NCBI GenBank assembly: GCA_014729795.1
Contig: WJJI01000021.1
Coordinates: forward strand, 1-57,471
Source: Candidatus Moraniibacteriota bacterium
GTDB lineage: Bacteria > Patescibacteriota > Minisyncoccia > CAIUEV01 > JAHKAQ01
Length of the DNA stretch: 57,471 nucleotides
Reading direction: 5' to 3'
How positions within the stretch are numbered: position 1 is the stretch's first letter; each line of letters starts with the position of its first letter. The notes beneath the pieces are model-generated. The model was given only the letters and a program-made list of their open reading frames with translations. It had not been told where the DNA came from and searched no databases. A program made the translations under genes and the position numbers. Below, one piece after another: positions 9,305-18,629 of the stretch.

Positions 9305-11096
9305 ATTTTGATATAACTTTCCACCAGCTGGTTTGGTAAGGTTCAAGTTTAAATAGGATATAACTTGATTTTAAACCGATTGATTTACCGCTGATAAGTT
9401 CTTTTAGCGATTGGGCATTTTCTAGGTAAAAGTCTTTGTCAATTTTAATGGTTTGCGCTTTGTTGGTTATGTTGATTAAGCATAGGATTTTTTGTTTTTT
9501 ATCGGGCGAGGTTCTGATAAGCGAGAAAACAGCTTTGTTTTGAAGAATGATTTTTTGACCGCCGGCCGGATGAAAGGCGATTTCTTTGCTACGGATGGTC
9601 AGAATTTTTAAAAAAGTGTTAAAGATTCGACTTCTTCTTGATTTTTTATTTTCTAAAACATCTTGCAAGTCCTCTTGTTTTAGGTTTTCTCGATTAATAT
9701 CGCGATTGATGCCGGTTTCCAGAGCATGAGGCTTATCGTTAGTGGAGCCGATTAAACCGTGGAAATATACGCCAGGCACGCCTCTTAAACTTAAAGCCAA
9801 GGCGCGAGCGGCCAAATGTTTTTTGATTTTAATTTCCTCAGTGTCTTTAGAGTTTTGGGGATTCAGAAAACTGTAAAGGGTAATGTTTAATTCATAAGGA
9901 ACTTGGCTGCCATCTGATTCGGTGCGATAATTAACCAATCCACCTCTTATTAGGGTCTCCTTAACCAGATTTTTAATTTCTTGATCGGTCAAGATACCTT
10001 TGGCTGGCAAAACCCCAAAACCGTCATGAGAGTCCAGGAAATTAAAATAAGCGGTTACGGGAGAGGGTTTGCTTAAAGTTTTGGCCCAGTTAGCCAATTT
10101 TGTGCAATCGCCTTTAATAAAAGTGTGCATAGTGAGAGGCGGTAGAGGAAAGTTATAAACCATTTGAGCTTCATCATAACCATTGCCAAAATAAGAAATA
10201 TTGTCGTGGTGCGGAACATTGGTTTCGTTTACTATAGTGGCGTTGGGCTTGATAATATCAAACAAAACCCGAAAATATTTAACAATGGCATGAGCTTCGG
10301 GTCGGTGGGCGCAATTGGTGCCTAGCTGTTTATAGACATAAGTGGTTGCATCCAAGCGTACAAAATCAAGACCTTTTTCCAAGTAAAGCAGCATTACTTT
10401 GGTCATTTGTAGTAAAACATTGGGTTCGCGATAATCAAAGTCCACTTGATCAGCGCTAAAAGTGGTCCAAACATAAATATCGCGTTTTTTTGCTTTAAAT
10501 TTTGTTAAAAGCGGAGAAACTCGAGGCCTAAGAATTTTACTTAAATCTTTTTTGGAAATCGCATTTTTGGTTTTAAAGTGAATAAAAAAATTTTCAAAAC
10601 CGGGTTTTTGATCTAAAAACATTTTAAACCACTTGCCTTGAGCAGACATATGATTGAGAACAAAATCAAACATTAATTTAAAATTTTTACCTAGTTTCTT
10701 GACGTGTGTCCAGTCGCCAGCTGAGGGATTGACTTTTTCATAATCCAAAACCGAGAAGCCTCGATCTGAGGAGTATGGATAAAAGGGTAAAATATGAATT
10801 GTATCGAATTTATTTTTTAGATATTGGTTAGCAAATCGATCTAAGGCTTGAAAATGTTTTTGATTTTGTTTAAGAATTAAATCGGCATAGGTGATAAAAA
10901 TAGCGGTTTTTTGGCTAAGCCTTTTATGGGCTTGGTATTTTTTGGATTGACCGGGATCAATTTTGTGTTTTTTTAAATAAGCTTGAATAACTTTTTGAAA
11001 ACGATTAAATAAAGATTTATTAGCTTTTTGATGAAATATTTTTTTTAGCACTTTTTTAAGTTTTTGGCTCTGTTCAGGGGTTAAATTGGTTTTCAT
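9303..11096 (-). CDS. GH13_18 sugar phosphorylase, glucosylglycerate phosphorylase-like
   Basis: FITYAD, HILPFYPYSSDRGF, WTTFSADQVD, nucleophile RLDA, acid/base NETNVPH, NFLDSHDG, loop PYELNIT. ETN and YELN match the YcjM/glucosylglycerate type rather than sucrose phosphorylase (EIH, YQVN). Confidence 0.85.
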   Translation of the reverse strand: MKTNLTPEQSQKLKKVLKKIFHQKANKSLFNRFQKVIQAYLKKHKIDPGQSKKYQAHKRLSQKTAIFITYADLILKQNQKHFQALDRFANQYLKNKFDTIHILPFYPYSSDRGFSVLDYEKVNPSAGDWTHVKKLGKNFKLMFDFVLNHMSAQGKWFKMFLDQKPGFENFFIHFKTKNAISKKDLSKILRPRVSPLLTKFKAKKRDIYVWTTFSADQVDFDYREPNVLLQMTKVMLLYLEKGLDFVRLDATTYVYKQLGTNCAHRPEAHAIVKYFRVLFDIIKPNATIVNETNVPHHDNISYFGNGYDEAQMVYNFPLPPLTMHTFIKGDCTKLANWAKTLSKPSPVTAYFNFLDSHDGFGVLPAKGILTDQEIKNLVKETLIRGGLVNYRTESDGSQVPYELNITLYSFLNPQNSKDTEEIKIKKHLAARALALSLRGVPGVYFHGLIGSTNDKPHALETGINRDINRENLKQEDLQDVLENKKSRRSRIFNTFLKILTIRSKEIAFHPAGGQKIILQNKAVFSLIRTSPDKKQKILCLINITNKAQTIKIDKDFYLENAQSLKELISGKSIGLKSSYILFKLEPYQTSWWKVISK

Positions 11097-11107
11097 AATT
11101 TATAAAA

Positions 11108-12400
11108 TTAATGCTTGATACAAAGATAGCAAAGATAGATTAAATAGTTAAGTTTGTTACTAAGCGCTTGGTAGGAAAAATGTTTCATGCCCAGTTTGTA
11201 ATTGTAAGCCACTGCTTTTTTAAGCTTTTTTTGATCTTCCAGGTAAGCTAAAGCTTTACGCACATGATTAATTCTAGGTTCATCATCAAATTCGATAACT
11301 TCAAAATCCAAGGGTTTGATATCTTTTTCATATACCGGATAGTTATTAATCGCGATTAGTTTTTGGTAATATAGACCTTCAAGAAAAGCGTTACCAAAGC
11401 CTTCGCCGGCAATCGATGGATAGGTCATCATATCAGCCGCTAGATAATAATCTTCCAGGGTGTAAGTGTTTTGACCTTTTTTGTTTTTGCCTCTTTTGGT
11501 GGCAAGCTGTTCGTAAGCTAAAATCATGGGAGTTTTGTCCCTTTTGGCTAAATTTTGGAGTTTTTTTAGGTAAGCGTCGCCTTCATCGCCCCAAGAATGA
11601 GTAATAAGAAGTTTGGCGGGCCGGAAACGGTTCATGATTCCTACCAAACCAATGGCTTTCTCGATTCTTTTGCGGGGCACGATTCGAGTGGGTTGTAAAA
11701 TTAAAAGCTCGTTATCTTCAATGCCAAAATCTTTTCTTAATTTTTTGGTAATGGCAATATCTTCTTGTGGCGGATTTTGTTTAAAAGGCATGACATTAGG
11801 GATGATATTTGAGCTAATTCCTTTTCTGTAAGCCAGTTCCTCTTGAGCGATCGTATTTATGCAAACGTGTTGAATGTTGGGAAAACGAGGAGGAAAGGCG
11901 CTATCTAAATAATCATGAACGCAATTAACTGAAAAACGTTGTCTTTCCCAATAGTAATCATGATTATGAGAAATTGCCGGGATGCCGGATTCAATTAAAA
12001 ATTCGGTGATGGCCAAGCCTAGGGGAATATGCATGGGGATTGAAAGAGCATTTTGAGGAATAATAATATCAATTCGGTGTTTTTTAATGAAGCGGTGTAG
12101 ATTTTTTTTAAGATCGATTTTTATTTTTTCGGTTTGTTGAGTGATTTTGGGTTTGCGTTGGTTTATGGAAAAATATTGTTTTTGCAAGCCTAGAATGACC
12201 GGATGTTGGAAGCTGGCCAAAGGCACGGTTTGAACTATACGACCATGATTAACTTCGCTTTCACCGGTCCAGTAAAAGCATTTATGCCCCATTTGAGTAA
12301 GCACCTCATCCCATTTTTCGGTTTCAAGCGAGACTCCGTCTATACCGGAAAATCTAGTGCCGACAAAAGCTATTCGGTATTTTTGTTTGATTTTAATCAT
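11108..12400 (-). CDS. GT4 glycosyltransferase, mannosylglucosylglycerate synthase-like
   Basis: TRFSGIDGVSLETEKW, HNHDYYWER, LQPTRIVPRKRIE and EGFGNAFLE motifs. Specificity is inferred from family and context. Confidence 0.75.
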   Translation of the reverse strand: MIKIKQKYRIAFVGTRFSGIDGVSLETEKWDEVLTQMGHKCFYWTGESEVNHGRIVQTVPLASFQHPVILGLQKQYFSINQRKPKITQQTEKIKIDLKKNLHRFIKKHRIDIIIPQNALSIPMHIPLGLAITEFLIESGIPAISHNHDYYWERQRFSVNCVHDYLDSAFPPRFPNIQHVCINTIAQEELAYRKGISSNIIPNVMPFKQNPPQEDIAITKKLRKDFGIEDNELLILQPTRIVPRKRIEKAIGLVGIMNRFRPAKLLITHSWGDEGDAYLKKLQNLAKRDKTPMILAYEQLATKRGKNKKGQNTYTLEDYYLAADMMTYPSIAGEGFGNAFLEGLYYQKLIAINNYPVYEKDIKPLDFEVIEFDDEPRINHVRKALAYLEDQKKLKKAVAYNYKLGMKHFSYQALSNKLNYLIYLCYLCIKH

Positions 12401-12426
12401 TTTTTGTTTGATTAATGTTAATTAAA

Positions 12427-12536
12427 AATTACGCGCTTAGTAAATTTTAAGGTAAAAATGGAATCTTGGACATATATTTATCAACACAACTTAAAAAAGT
12501 TTGGAATTTTCTTTAAATTTTGTTAAATGCGTAATT
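12427..12536. repeat. Dispersed hairpin repeat family member
   Basis: Left arm AATTACGCGCTTAGTAAATTTTAAGG pairs with right arm CTTTAAATTTTGTTAAATGCGTAATT (four G-T pairs, two mismatches). Confidence 0.7.
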
Positions 12537-12769
12537 CTTATTACCGATAAAACAAAAAAATCGAATAAATTTAAAATAAACGCTAACAGCGCAAACTAAA
12601 ATGAAATTTCATATCTAATCATACAGTTTAAAGAAAAGTAAAAAACTGTCAATTGAGGGTATTTGAGGTTATTGTAAAGATTGATTTTTTAGGTGGTGTA
12701 ATTTATACAAGGACATTAGAGCTTATCTTTTTACTTAATGCTCCCATCAGATAAAATTAAATTTTTTTG

Positions 12770-12843
12770 TACCAGGGGTGGGGATTGAACCCACGGCCTT
12801 GGGCTTATGAGTCCCACGCTCTGACCAGCTGAGCTACCCTGGC
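12770..12843 (-). tRNA. tRNA with CAT anticodon (elongator Met or Ile2)
   Basis: Reverse complement GCCAGGG TAGCTCAGCTGGTCAGAGCG TGGGA CTCATAA GCCCA AGGCC GTGGG TTCAATC CCCAC CCCTGGT A folds as a cloverleaf. It lacks the initiator C1:A72 mismatch, and CCA is not fully encoded. Confidence 0.92.
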
Positions 12844-12951
12844 AGGTTTAAATTAAACATAAAATAAACTAAAATTATAATTTTTTTAGCTGATTTTTAG
12901 GTATGTTTATCAAAGTTATAATATTTTTTTACAGAAAAGGCAACCTGATAA

Positions 12952-14613
12952 CTAATCATCAATTTCGATTTCTTCGTTGTTGCTGTAAGTTTCGCATTTT
13001 TTGTCAGTATTATTCCAGACGCAAACTCGGAAATAATAAGTTTCGTCTTCTTCAAGATCTTCCCAGGTATAGCCGGTGTCATCTTCATCGGTAATGGAGA
13101 TCGGATTGTCATCAGGATAAGTGGGATTTTTACTTTTGCTTCTGACAATCTTATAACCATCCGGAGCTTGACCGCCCGATATAGACCAAGATAGTTTTGC
13201 CTCGCCCTTGTCCGGACTGGATCCGCTTAAGCTCACTGAATTGGCGTAATCTACTTCTTCCTCTTCCTCTTTTTCCTCCTCTTCTTCTTCTTCCTCCTCT
13301 TCCTCCTCCTCTTCTTCATTTAAATCAACGCATTTATTGTTTTGTAGTTTTTGGTCGTCTTCGCATTCGCAAATTTCTTCATCTTTTTTCCAGTCGCCTC
13401 CAGAATCTTCGCAGTCTTCCCGACGCGTGGAGGTGTCTTTTTCCACTGTTTCAATTTCCACATTATTTGAGTAAACCCGACATTCGGTTGAGGCTTCGGC
13501 CACGCAAAGACGAAAATAATAGGTTTTACCGTCAGTGATTTTCCAGGTAAATTGTCGTTTTTCCGGGGAGGAAATTGATTGGTATCGACTTCCGGGGTAA
13601 ATCGGATTAGGATTGCCGCCTCTTACCAACTTAAAACCGTTAGGCGCTTTTATATCGTTTAACTCCCATTCAAATTTAATACCGTCTTCACCGGCGGTGC
13701 CCTTAAGCACAACATCGCCACTGCCCGAATTTTGACTTGAGTTTTGGTTGGTTTCATTGTTTTCAGAAGAACGTTGATCATTTTGAATCTCGGATAGCTT
13801 TACTGAGACATAGGAACTCAATGCCATGTTTTTCTTTTCATCTTGTTCAATGTTCCATAATAAGAAATCGTCTTCCAGATCAGCTGTTTGAATGTCGGAC
13901 TTACTTTTGGTTTGGTTTTCAATAGTGATTTTTTGACCCTCCTCAATAATGATTGGATCTTCTTTGCCTTTGGTTACTTTTATGCCATTTTCCAGAACTC
14001 CGGCAGTAACCTCCATGCCGATTTTTTCACTCCAAAAAGCAGTGCCTATGGATTGAATTTTGATTTTATCAATGCCCCGGGTGCCGGTTAGCAGAACCTT
14101 ATATTGACGTTTATTTTTTTTGCTGGTTTTAGCCACTCGGTGATAGATTTTGCCATAATTTTGAATGATAAGAATGTCATTGCTTTCGCTGGTCAAGACA
14201 ATGCGGGAACGTTGTTTGAGTCGAATCAAACCGCCGTTATCTAAACTAATAATGGCTCGGGAGTCGGCATTGGTTTTGATTTCGTAATTGTTTTTGAGTT
14301 TGGTTTCGGCATCGGCCTCTTCCCATTCTTGATTTTTATCTTTTTTAATCATGACTTCACCTTGGGTGTAAATTATTTTGGCGGAAACATTTCTACCAAT
14401 TAAAAACCTACTGATCATAAAAATTATACCGATAGAAGTAACACCAAAAAGTAACCAGTATAAATAATAGGTTAAATTTTCTCTACCCAACCTTGATTTA
14501 CTTTTTCTTTTAATAAACATATTGTTTTTTTGGTTTTTTCTGGCCTTTAAATAATTAATAGTTTTGGAATCCAAGGTGGGAAGGGTCTTTTTTCTTTTAA
14601 TTTTTTCCGGCAT
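12952..14613 (-). CDS. Membrane-anchored FecR-domain protein with two fibronectin-III-like modules and a poly-Glu linker
   Basis: One TM helix; FecR-like IKTNADSRAIISLDNGGLIRL...SIGTAFW; duplicated module (G[F/Y]K[L/I]VR...NP.YP...TYYFR[L/V]CV...C..YSNN). The likely start is ATG 14613 (MPEKIK), not the ORF-track start at 14799. Confidence 0.7.
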   Translation of the reverse strand: MPEKIKRKKTLPTLDSKTINYLKARKNQKNNMFIKRKSKSRLGRENLTYYLYWLLFGVTSIGIIFMISRFLIGRNVSAKIIYTQGEVMIKKDKNQEWEEADAETKLKNNYEIKTNADSRAIISLDNGGLIRLKQRSRIVLTSESNDILIIQNYGKIYHRVAKTSKKNKRQYKVLLTGTRGIDKIKIQSIGTAFWSEKIGMEVTAGVLENGIKVTKGKEDPIIIEEGQKITIENQTKSKSDIQTADLEDDFLLWNIEQDEKKNMALSSYVSVKLSEIQNDQRSSENNETNQNSSQNSGSGDVVLKGTAGEDGIKFEWELNDIKAPNGFKLVRGGNPNPIYPGSRYQSISSPEKRQFTWKITDGKTYYFRLCVAEASTECRVYSNNVEIETVEKDTSTRREDCEDSGGDWKKDEEICECEDDQKLQNNKCVDLNEEEEEEEEEEEEEEEKEEEEEVDYANSVSLSGSSPDKGEAKLSWSISGGQAPDGYKIVRSKSKNPTYPDDNPISITDEDDTGYTWEDLEEDETYYFRVCVWNNTDKKCETYSNNEEIEIDD

Positions 14614-14815
14614 GTGATCTTTATTAATTGTCTTGATGTTAGGGGATAAATCAGAATAAAGTATTAATGAGTTTAACATATTTTTCAAGAAAAAGAAAGG
14701 GTCGATGAGCGGTTCTCGAGAAATTTTGGGGTTTTGGTGATTATATGTTATATTTGTAAGAGCATTTAAAAGGAAAAAAGAAAAAGAACCACAAAACAAT
14801 TGATTAAAAAAGTAA

Positions 14816-15913
14816 ATGGCTAGACCTCCATTTTCCAGAGACGATTTAAAAAAACGAAGTCGAAATCCGGTTGACCCGGCCTTTAGGGGTTCTCAGCAGG
14901 GGCCTTTGGATGATTTTAACGCCCCTTCTAACCACAGGCCTGATAATATTGGTCAACAGAATCAATTTCCCGGATCGTCAACTCAACAACCCCGGCCTCA
15001 ACAGGCTTGGGATCAGGATTGGAACCAGGACCAAAAAGGCAAAAACAATCAGGATTCAGCAAGAGCCGGTAACCAAAAACCGGATAATTTTGAATTTCCC
15101 GAATTGGATGATGGCAGCGGCGAAGATAATGAAATCAAAAAATTAATCATTACCGGAGTTGTTATAGCATTGGTTTTGATTTCCATCTCGGTTGGATTAT
15201 ATGCTTATTTAAAATACTCTAAACAAAGCCAGGAGGAGCCTACAGAATCGCCAAGCGTTAGTCCAACATCTTCCGAGACCCAAAAACCGCAACCGACCAG
15301 ATCCGATCAATTACCGGCGGATACTTCCACTCATAAACATATTGAAATTGATACCGCTACCCAATCAATTACCGACCTTGAATTGGCATTGAAAGAATAT
15401 TTCAGAATCGCTCAACAAGAAAACAGGATAATCGAGGTAAGTTTTTATCGAAAAGGATCTTCTCAAGAGATGTCGTTTACCGATCTTGCTAAAGTAATGG
15501 AACTAACTCTCCCGGAAGAAGTTTCCAGAATTATTGCCAATAACTTTAATTTTTTGATTGTACCGAATCAAGGGCAAAATAACACAGCGGGCATCGCGTT
15601 AATATTGACCTCGATCTACGCCGATCAGGAAAGAACCAAACAAATTATTAAAAATTGGGAATCGAATATTGTTTTTGCCTTGAAAAACTATCTGTTGTTT
15701 TTAAACGAATCAGAATTAAGGTATAATCCGATTGATGCTATTTTTAACGACAGTAGTGTTTTTGAGGGCGGTCGATATATAAATTTATCCCAAGACAATA
15801 CGGTTTCCTTGAATTATATCATCAAGGGTGACAAGATTATTATCGCTAATAATTTTATCGCTTTTCAAAAAGGGGTTGATTATTATGATGCAAGAAAAAA
15901 TCAATCACTTTGA
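14816..15913 (+). CDS. Hypothetical single-pass membrane protein
   Basis: 365-aa ORF: disordered Q/P/N-rich N-terminus, one TM helix, globular C-terminal domain. Confidence 0.7.
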   Translation: MARPPFSRDDLKKRSRNPVDPAFRGSQQGPLDDFNAPSNHRPDNIGQQNQFPGSSTQQPRPQQAWDQDWNQDQKGKNNQDSARAGNQKPDNFEFPELDDGSGEDNEIKKLIITGVVIALVLISISVGLYAYLKYSKQSQEEPTESPSVSPTSSETQKPQPTRSDQLPADTSTHKHIEIDTATQSITDLELALKEYFRIAQQENRIIEVSFYRKGSSQEMSFTDLAKVMELTLPEEVSRIIANNFNFLIVPNQGQNNTAGIALILTSIYADQERTKQIIKNWESNIVFALKNYLLFLNESELRYNPIDAIFNDSSVFEGGRYINLSQDNTVSLNYIIKGDKIIIANNFIAFQKGVDYYDARKNQSL

Positions 15914-15914
15914 T

Positions 15915-16517
15915 TTAGGTTCGCCTCGGCTTTTTATCCAAGCTCCAAATAATGAATAAAGCTATAAGCGAGCCGATTAAATTGCAAACCAAATCGATTA
16001 AATTATTGTGGTAACCGCCTACGCCGGTATCTTTGAACATTAGCACGGTTGAGAATTCAATAATTTCATTTAAAGCACCGGCTCCCAAACCAGCCATTAT
16101 TATAATAATTGAAATTGAAATCCAGCGAATGGGTTTTTTTATATTTGGTTTAAGTAAATAATACAGCATCAAAGTGGCTACTCCAAAACCAAAAATATGA
16201 ACAAATTGATCAAATTTAAAAATAGAATATGGTTGGCCAATTAAGTCTATAAGCATTAACTCATATACTTTTTTGCCGTTGTAAACTATGCCGCCGCCGG
16301 TCATGTGCATAATTGACCAAATAGTCATACCCCAAAGCACAATATTTGGGTAATAGATGGTTTGGCTGCTTTTAAGAATTAAGAAAAGAAAAAAAATAAT
16401 AACCGCGATATAGATTAAAAACTCGTTATTTTGACTGGTAATGAAAATAATGCTGAAAAGAATCAAAGAGGCGGCATTGACCAAAAGGATTGGAAAGTAT
16501 TTTTTGGGTATTTTCAT
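15915..16517 (-). CDS. DUF2238/YjdF-like membrane protein
   Basis: Multi-TM; HMTGG, FDQFVHIFG, GALNEIIEF and DLVCNLIG motifs. Confidence 0.7.
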   Translation of the reverse strand: MKIPKKYFPILLVNAASLILFSIIFITSQNNEFLIYIAVIIFFLFLILKSSQTIYYPNIVLWGMTIWSIMHMTGGGIVYNGKKVYELMLIDLIGQPYSIFKFDQFVHIFGFGVATLMLYYLLKPNIKKPIRWISISIIIIMAGLGAGALNEIIEFSTVLMFKDTGVGGYHNNLIDLVCNLIGSLIALFIIWSLDKKPRRT

Positions 16518-16606
16518 GATTTTTTATGTTAGGGGATCAATTCATGTTAATTTAATATAAAAAAATATTTATTGCAATAAAAAACAGTAAACATAAATCC
16601 AGGTCA

Positions 16607-17557
16607 TTATTTTGCGACTCGCAGACGCTCAATTGGCCGGAGTTTTCTTTCCACCGTAATAAGGCCATATTTTTTTAGGATTTTATAAAAAAATGTTATT
16701 GCCAAGGACAAAGGCATTCTAATAGCCCAAGTAATGGTTTTTAAAGTAATAAAAAGCGCGATTGCCAGTCCCCAGCCGGGAACTGATTGGTTGTTTCTTA
16801 AAGAATTAAAATAATGTTCTATTTCTTGATTGATCAATCGATTGAAGACTTGAGACATGGTTTGTTCCGGTTTCAGCTCCATATCCAAGCTTTTTTCTAA
16901 GTTTTGATGTTGTTGGTTAAGAATCTCTTGAGAATGATGAGTGTTGGGGTCAAATTCTTGATTTTGGGCTTCAGCTTCTTGCCTGATTTTTTGTTTTATT
17001 AATTCTTGAGTAGTCAGTTCCGGATTGCTGAAATAAAAATCGTTTTGAATTAGATTATTAAACATATTCATCATGGAATCGGTAATGATTTGAGGGATTT
17101 TAACCTTGAAATTTGGTAAACCGGCAATTTCTTGATTGTGGTTTAGCTCAACATAGTATGCGGTCGAGGGGAGTAAACAAACCGGCGTGGATATTAACGC
17201 ATAACCGAAAATGATAGCGTGAATCATTTTGATTTTGATTGAGTTCTTTTGAATTTTTTTTACTCGATTAATACCAATAAAGTAGATAGTACTTGATAAG
17301 ATCAAGCTAAAAAAAACAAGCCAACTGAGAGTCACGATTAATGCCGGTAATAGGCCAAAGACGGCCAAGATCTCCGCGTGTTTATCTGAAACTATAACTA
17401 AAGTAAACAAGCAAAAAAGATGTAAGGTGAAGGCAATTGTGATGCCGGTCCAGTTCAAATTCGCGGTTTGAAAAAAAGAATTGATAAAAATCCAGCCAAC
17501 GGCCGCACTGAGAAAACCGATTAACAATAGAGACCAGAAAAAAATTTTTCTTTTCAT
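16607..17557 (-). CDS. Hypothetical multi-pass membrane protein
   Basis: 316-aa ORF with about five N-terminal TM helices, a soluble loop and a C-terminal TM. Confidence 0.7.
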   Translation of the reverse strand: MKRKIFFWSLLLIGFLSAAVGWIFINSFFQTANLNWTGITIAFTLHLFCLFTLVIVSDKHAEILAVFGLLPALIVTLSWLVFFSLILSSTIYFIGINRVKKIQKNSIKIKMIHAIIFGYALISTPVCLLPSTAYYVELNHNQEIAGLPNFKVKIPQIITDSMMNMFNNLIQNDFYFSNPELTTQELIKQKIRQEAEAQNQEFDPNTHHSQEILNQQHQNLEKSLDMELKPEQTMSQVFNRLINQEIEHYFNSLRNNQSVPGWGLAIALFITLKTITWAIRMPLSLAITFFYKILKKYGLITVERKLRPIERLRVAK

Positions 17558-17653
17558 GAAATATAAAAACTAACTTACGGCAAAGGTAAAATAAATAATA
17601 AAACTACACGGTTGTTTATCATTTTGTCGGGGAATATCTTGGTATTGGTCTTG

Positions 17654-18208
17654 CTACTGGGCAGGGGATTGTTTTTTCCATATATTAAGCAGTAACATCG
17701 CCAGGAGTCCGCCGGCTAAAGCGGTTATCAATTGAGGCAAACTTAGCATGTAGGCAAATTTTTGGGGTAGTTTATCGGCAATAAGCAAGGAGCTTATGGA
17801 GAACAAGAACAAGAACTTGGCAAACGAAGCGGAAATAACCGCGAAAACTCGATTTCTTTGGAATAACCGGGAAAAAATCATAATCATTAAAATATTGCTT
17901 ATGATTATATAAGGGAGGGCGGCGGCCATAGGCAGAGGCAAGAGACCTCGCAGGAGAGCGATGACAGAAGGAACCGCAGCAATGAAGGCGGCGTTTATTA
18001 AACCCGTGCGGACACAAGCGATTATTAAAATCGTGTTGACAAGCGTGCCAGTGATCCATTGATTTTGGGGAGTATGGGCAAAGATAAACGGAACAGCGAT
18101 TGCTAAACCCAAGTAAGCCATGGTTTCGGCCAGGGCGCTCAAATTATAGCGAATTAACTTTAGATTCGCGACTTTGGTTTTTAGATTTTTTGGTGGAATC
18201 GATTGCAT
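17654..18208 (-). CDS. ECF transporter S-component-like membrane protein
   Basis: About six TM helices, 184 aa; NQWITGTLVN and LPQLITALAGG motifs. Confidence 0.65.
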   Translation of the reverse strand: MQSIPPKNLKTKVANLKLIRYNLSALAETMAYLGLAIAVPFIFAHTPQNQWITGTLVNTILIIACVRTGLINAAFIAAVPSVIALLRGLLPLPMAAALPYIIISNILMIMIFSRLFQRNRVFAVISASFAKFLFLFSISSLLIADKLPQKFAYMLSLPQLITALAGGLLAMLLLNIWKKQSPAQ

Positions 18209-18629
18209 TTTTGTATTTAATAATTAAAGATGCCGGAATAACGCGCTTAGCAATTCTGGATTATATTTGATGGAACAACATCTAAATATATTTTGTAAAA
18301 ATTTAGAATTCTTCCAAAGATTTTTCAAATAAACAATTTTCGGATTTGGTTGCTTAAATTTTAGGTTATTTTAGAAAAAAAATCAATGATTGCGGTTAGA
18401 TAACGATAAAATTGGTTTTATAAAGGCGATTGAGGAAGTATAGACAAAGATTTAAAAATTTTATAAGATGGAATTAATCAAAAAAAATGATAAAAAATAA
18501 TACTAGATTAATCTTAAAAGATTTTTATGGTAGACAATTTTGATGACCATATTTAAATTCAAATTTCTAAACTTCAGCGGTCTTTTAAAAGGATAATTAA
18601 AAAATAGAAATTTTTTTAAAAATATAAAA

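Noticed and set aside
1..12843. Genomic island integrated at the CAT tRNA
   Set aside because: No integrase and no duplicated tRNA 3' end seen within the window.
14614..14799. N-terminal 62 codons of the 615-aa ORF call
   Set aside because: Non-ATG start and intergenic-like sequence overlapping the divergent promoter region; ATG 14613 is more plausible.
18209..18629. Riboswitch upstream of the S-component-like gene
   Set aside because: No recognisable TPP, FMN, cobalamin, SAM or preQ1 consensus; the region is AT-rich with only a partial repeat copy.
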